A stretch of DNA of 64,000 nucleotides, from positions 79,052,001 through 79,116,000 of the forward strand of contig OZ076409.1 in assembly GCA_964187785.1 (NCBI GenBank), read 5' to 3'. Source of the DNA: Amphiscolops sp. MND2022. Taxonomy: Eukaryota. Below are positions 62,401 through 64,000 of this stretch, one piece after another (position 1 is the first letter of the stretch; each line of letters opens with the position of its first letter). The notes beneath the pieces are model-generated. The model saw only the letters and a list, made by a program, of their open reading frames with translations, made no database searches and was not told the DNA's origin. Both the position numbers and the translations under genes were made by a program.

Positions 62401-63852
62401 TATCTGGTGATTGCACGAGGGAATATCTCATGTCTAACCGCCCTAGCCAAGCTGTTGCAACGGAAAGACGCTCAGGATTATCCCGCTCACCTGGAGCGTA
62501 TGACAACTTCATTGTATCACTGGATGTATTGCAGTCTGGTCTTTGCCTCGGGACTCTTCGTGGGGGTGGATAAGCACCAACCGTTATATGATGGACGTCA
62601 GCTAGTGACCGAGGTAGCTGGATTTTTGACACCCAACCAGCTGGCAGATTTCACTTTGGCTGAAGTCGAAGATCTTATACCGGTGTTAGCACCCGTGCTA
62701 ACTCCGATATTTGGCCCAACCGGGATACTCCGATACCCCACCAAGCCTCTGAGACTGGCCTCGGAGACGTTAACGGTATCCATCCTAACTTATCTGAAGA
62801 ACGTAAAACCACACAACTATCAACAGATGCTTGAACGTGGGCTGTTTCTGCTAGTACCACGTATGTATACCACAATAAAGAATGAGACACAGCAAGACGA
62901 AAACCTGGCCGGTATTCTCAAAGCCCGAACAAAGAAGGCGTGCCCTTTACCTCGCGAATACGGCCCGGTGAATTGGTATAATTCTCCCCTAGACCACCTC
63001 GGAATCCCACAGCGATTCAATTGGAGTTTCGCACACCTCAGGAAGTACGTGACCGAGTGTGTGCAAACCATGGGCGGTCACACGAATCAGGAGTACAATT
63101 TCCAAATGATTAAGCTTCCAGCCAGGTACTGGCGAGGACCCATCGGTTATATCCGGGCCAAGCCAATCAGTATGGTCGAGAAGGGCTTTGATGAGCAGTA
63201 TGCCTATCGCGACCACTACAAACTTGGCGTGTGGATGTCAAGAACCCTGGAGGAGCGCCAAGGACGCCTAAGAGGTTTAATCATCCCCCCACTGACAATG
63301 CCTGTTTGGAATCCAGAGGCGAGGGTTACTATGGGAAGCGACATGCCAGCGGAGACTTGCTACCACGTCATGGAATTGCTAAGTGATCCCCTCGGACCCG
63401 AATGGGAAGCCTCTAGGCAAATCATAGAGCATGCGAATAGGGACAACTGGTCCAGAGCCTGCGGGCTCTGGGGCCGACCTGATCTACGCCCGAAACTCAG
63501 TGCGAAACAGAAACGACCCATTGCCACCCGCAATAGACCGCTGGATCTACCGCACTTGTTTAATGCTAGTAGACTGGATGTACAGATCCCAATCTCCACA
63601 TCAACCACAAGTTCTGCCAATGTTAGCGGCTCAGCCAATGCAGCGCAAGAACATTCGCCAGAAGCATCAACTCCGGTAGCCGCAGAAAATGGCCCTGGTG
63701 GCTCAAACACGACTCCTAGGACCCATGAAACTGCCAGCGCAGAACCAAAGCCAGTCCTGCGAGGAGGAAATACGCGAAGAGGATCTCTGTCTGAACTGCA
63801 ACCAAAGGCAGACGTTTCCCCCAGAGCGCGTCACTCCTCTGCCACCCAGTAA
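59485..63852 (+). CDS. ORF2, ~1455 aa from first strong ATG (open from 59266): Pro/Ser-rich disordered N-terminus, SGNH-hydrolase-like domain (~61156-61713), unknown helical C-terminal part
   Basis: Uninterrupted 4.4-4.6 kb ORF right after pol. Motifs FALLIDS, RRVIISNVFDH, ALFVTPPG and NDFRPSWLSYMGYIASVSKVL occur in SGNH block order. A pyrimidine-rich CAG lies just before the ATG. Confidence 0.85.
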   Translation: MNQDNDRSNNVPPRSTDNSPALGQRVYDTARVQRTPQIAFIRDRLDQGLSPAAVAGVAAIIAQMESQLQAPMLTISITSGFPGFQRSMTYQDGVWHGHDLTHHFTDDRAAISYSLANGGVHQTRPLQIPSCPPPPPPPPPVPTPQAVVRARTPAPMVPSLPNQSMAEQAVISALQAVAANPNYDDFMRSMEQCWPELRRIALPTVTIRNDNATSTETRQGVITIPHINPQSEQPGHSRTVTVERSRSPSRSSQKGGGESRPASRKRNDPSPTKKTQQPLTARDSPSSKPPPDKKISNEKATTSKAPDQTKSKVSEACVLPSPQSQPDVTGEQQRLPQPPSTQSTTRESLAQRATPKPSTSGQPQSEQTVGYQGTPVSQRTVKDIMGDYPGLKVTNSGPTGTPLRKQAIQHPTKRTFTKQPTYLSPMQNTKGTLVTKDSRRIWESAVIVSPEWLFEKNMCPPSDEEHAKLKKANVPVFMNRPIRPDHTPTNEPPWLGKAMNMLPNVDDNYLDALNVDLRGQFADRYFLNAGETFEINPRYARDLEAQLPMPKERLQRARFALLIDSTFLKNVPIDNVLSDVMVFTLPLSRIPEMAEVLVTMFDPEMTGTFKEPPPRRVIISNVFDHMACEGLMAQIANVEIMNPSPAQRTTVRNAALNMARAMEKAQNILKDKLKVPALFVTPPGFCQWPPALQRFIYMVTEVCKCREIDFAICAPNMRISSNDFRPSWLSYMGYIASVSKVLQSVEKTGNAQLTIDDAIYFDHGTRMGLLVFNKDGERRVPEPSTAECEAIRLNNWIERARSSGGKICIKTDLAEVTATMSKVPSDREVERAIPRVQFAKDLTIDQLSVGMKYIAAKLTSETQAEIQAFSSTYDAWYQRLQTTTVADIAKELGMSTDQFAICLGLGWSPDVIRVEFDLEESWLIEISEIIGTVQVNELFALMLTFGQKRFVAGPMMILTDLVTECNLEWLFSYLVIARGNISCLTALAKLLQRKDAQDYPAHLERMTTSLYHWMYCSLVFASGLFVGVDKHQPLYDGRQLVTEVAGFLTPNQLADFTLAEVEDLIPVLAPVLTPIFGPTGILRYPTKPLRLASETLTVSILTYLKNVKPHNYQQMLERGLFLLVPRMYTTIKNETQQDENLAGILKARTKKACPLPREYGPVNWYNSPLDHLGIPQRFNWSFAHLRKYVTECVQTMGGHTNQEYNFQMIKLPARYWRGPIGYIRAKPISMVEKGFDEQYAYRDHYKLGVWMSRTLEERQGRLRGLIIPPLTMPVWNPEARVTMGSDMPAETCYHVMELLSDPLGPEWEASRQIIEHANRDNWSRACGLWGRPDLRPKLSAKQKRPIATRNRPLDLPHLFNASRLDVQIPISTSTTSSANVSGSANAAQEHSPEASTPVAAENGPGGSNTTPRTHETASAEPKPVLRGGNTRRGSLSELQPKADVSPRARHSSATQ

Positions 63853-64000
63853 AACAGAACTAACTTTGTCGTCATTCAATTTCCAACTTCAATAGTCTTA
63901 TGCTAGATAAAATTTTGCGAAATCTCATGGTTTCAATCTCTGTTGTTGCTAAGCTTCGATTATGGAAATGCCAATTGGTCATGGGTAAAAATCTCCGAGT

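Larger units (their letters stand above)
46368..64000 (+). mobile_element. Giant Ty3/Gypsy LTR retrotransposon, >17.6 kb, 3' end beyond window
   Basis: LTR-like segment 46368-47101, PBS at 47118, uninterrupted gag-pol ORF in Gypsy order PR-RT-RH-IN, followed by a second long ORF. Confidence 0.9.

Noticed and set aside
49833..63710. Many antisense and alternate-frame short ORFs
   Set aside because: Shadows of the two long coding frames.

Overview
This is AT-rich, repeat-saturated eukaryotic (invertebrate-like) DNA, and I found no supportable host gene. Positions 1-35 kb are a patchwork of decayed Ty3/Gypsy (Mag-like) fragments, non-autonomous Helentron-type elements (dispersed copies plus a head-to-tail trimer at 8.3-13.7 kb), a solo LTR, a MITE, tRNA-like SINE heads and several recent tandem duplications. 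A full-length but decayed BEL/Pao retrotransposon (35298-43544) carries an extra SGNH/GDSL-like ORF upstream of gag and is flanked by an anomalous 59-bp duplication. A very large, apparently intact Ty3/Gypsy element runs from 46368 past the window end. It has a 734-bp LTR, a tRNA-Arg-like PBS and a ~2.4-kb leader. Its 3255-aa polyprotein contains Gag, a pseudo-protease plus protease, a dUTPase-like insert, RT, RNase H, integrase, AT-hooks and tandem macrodomain-like folds. A second ~1450-aa non-env ORF contains a catalytically altered SGNH-like domain. All domain calls come from reading motifs by eye, not from database searches.
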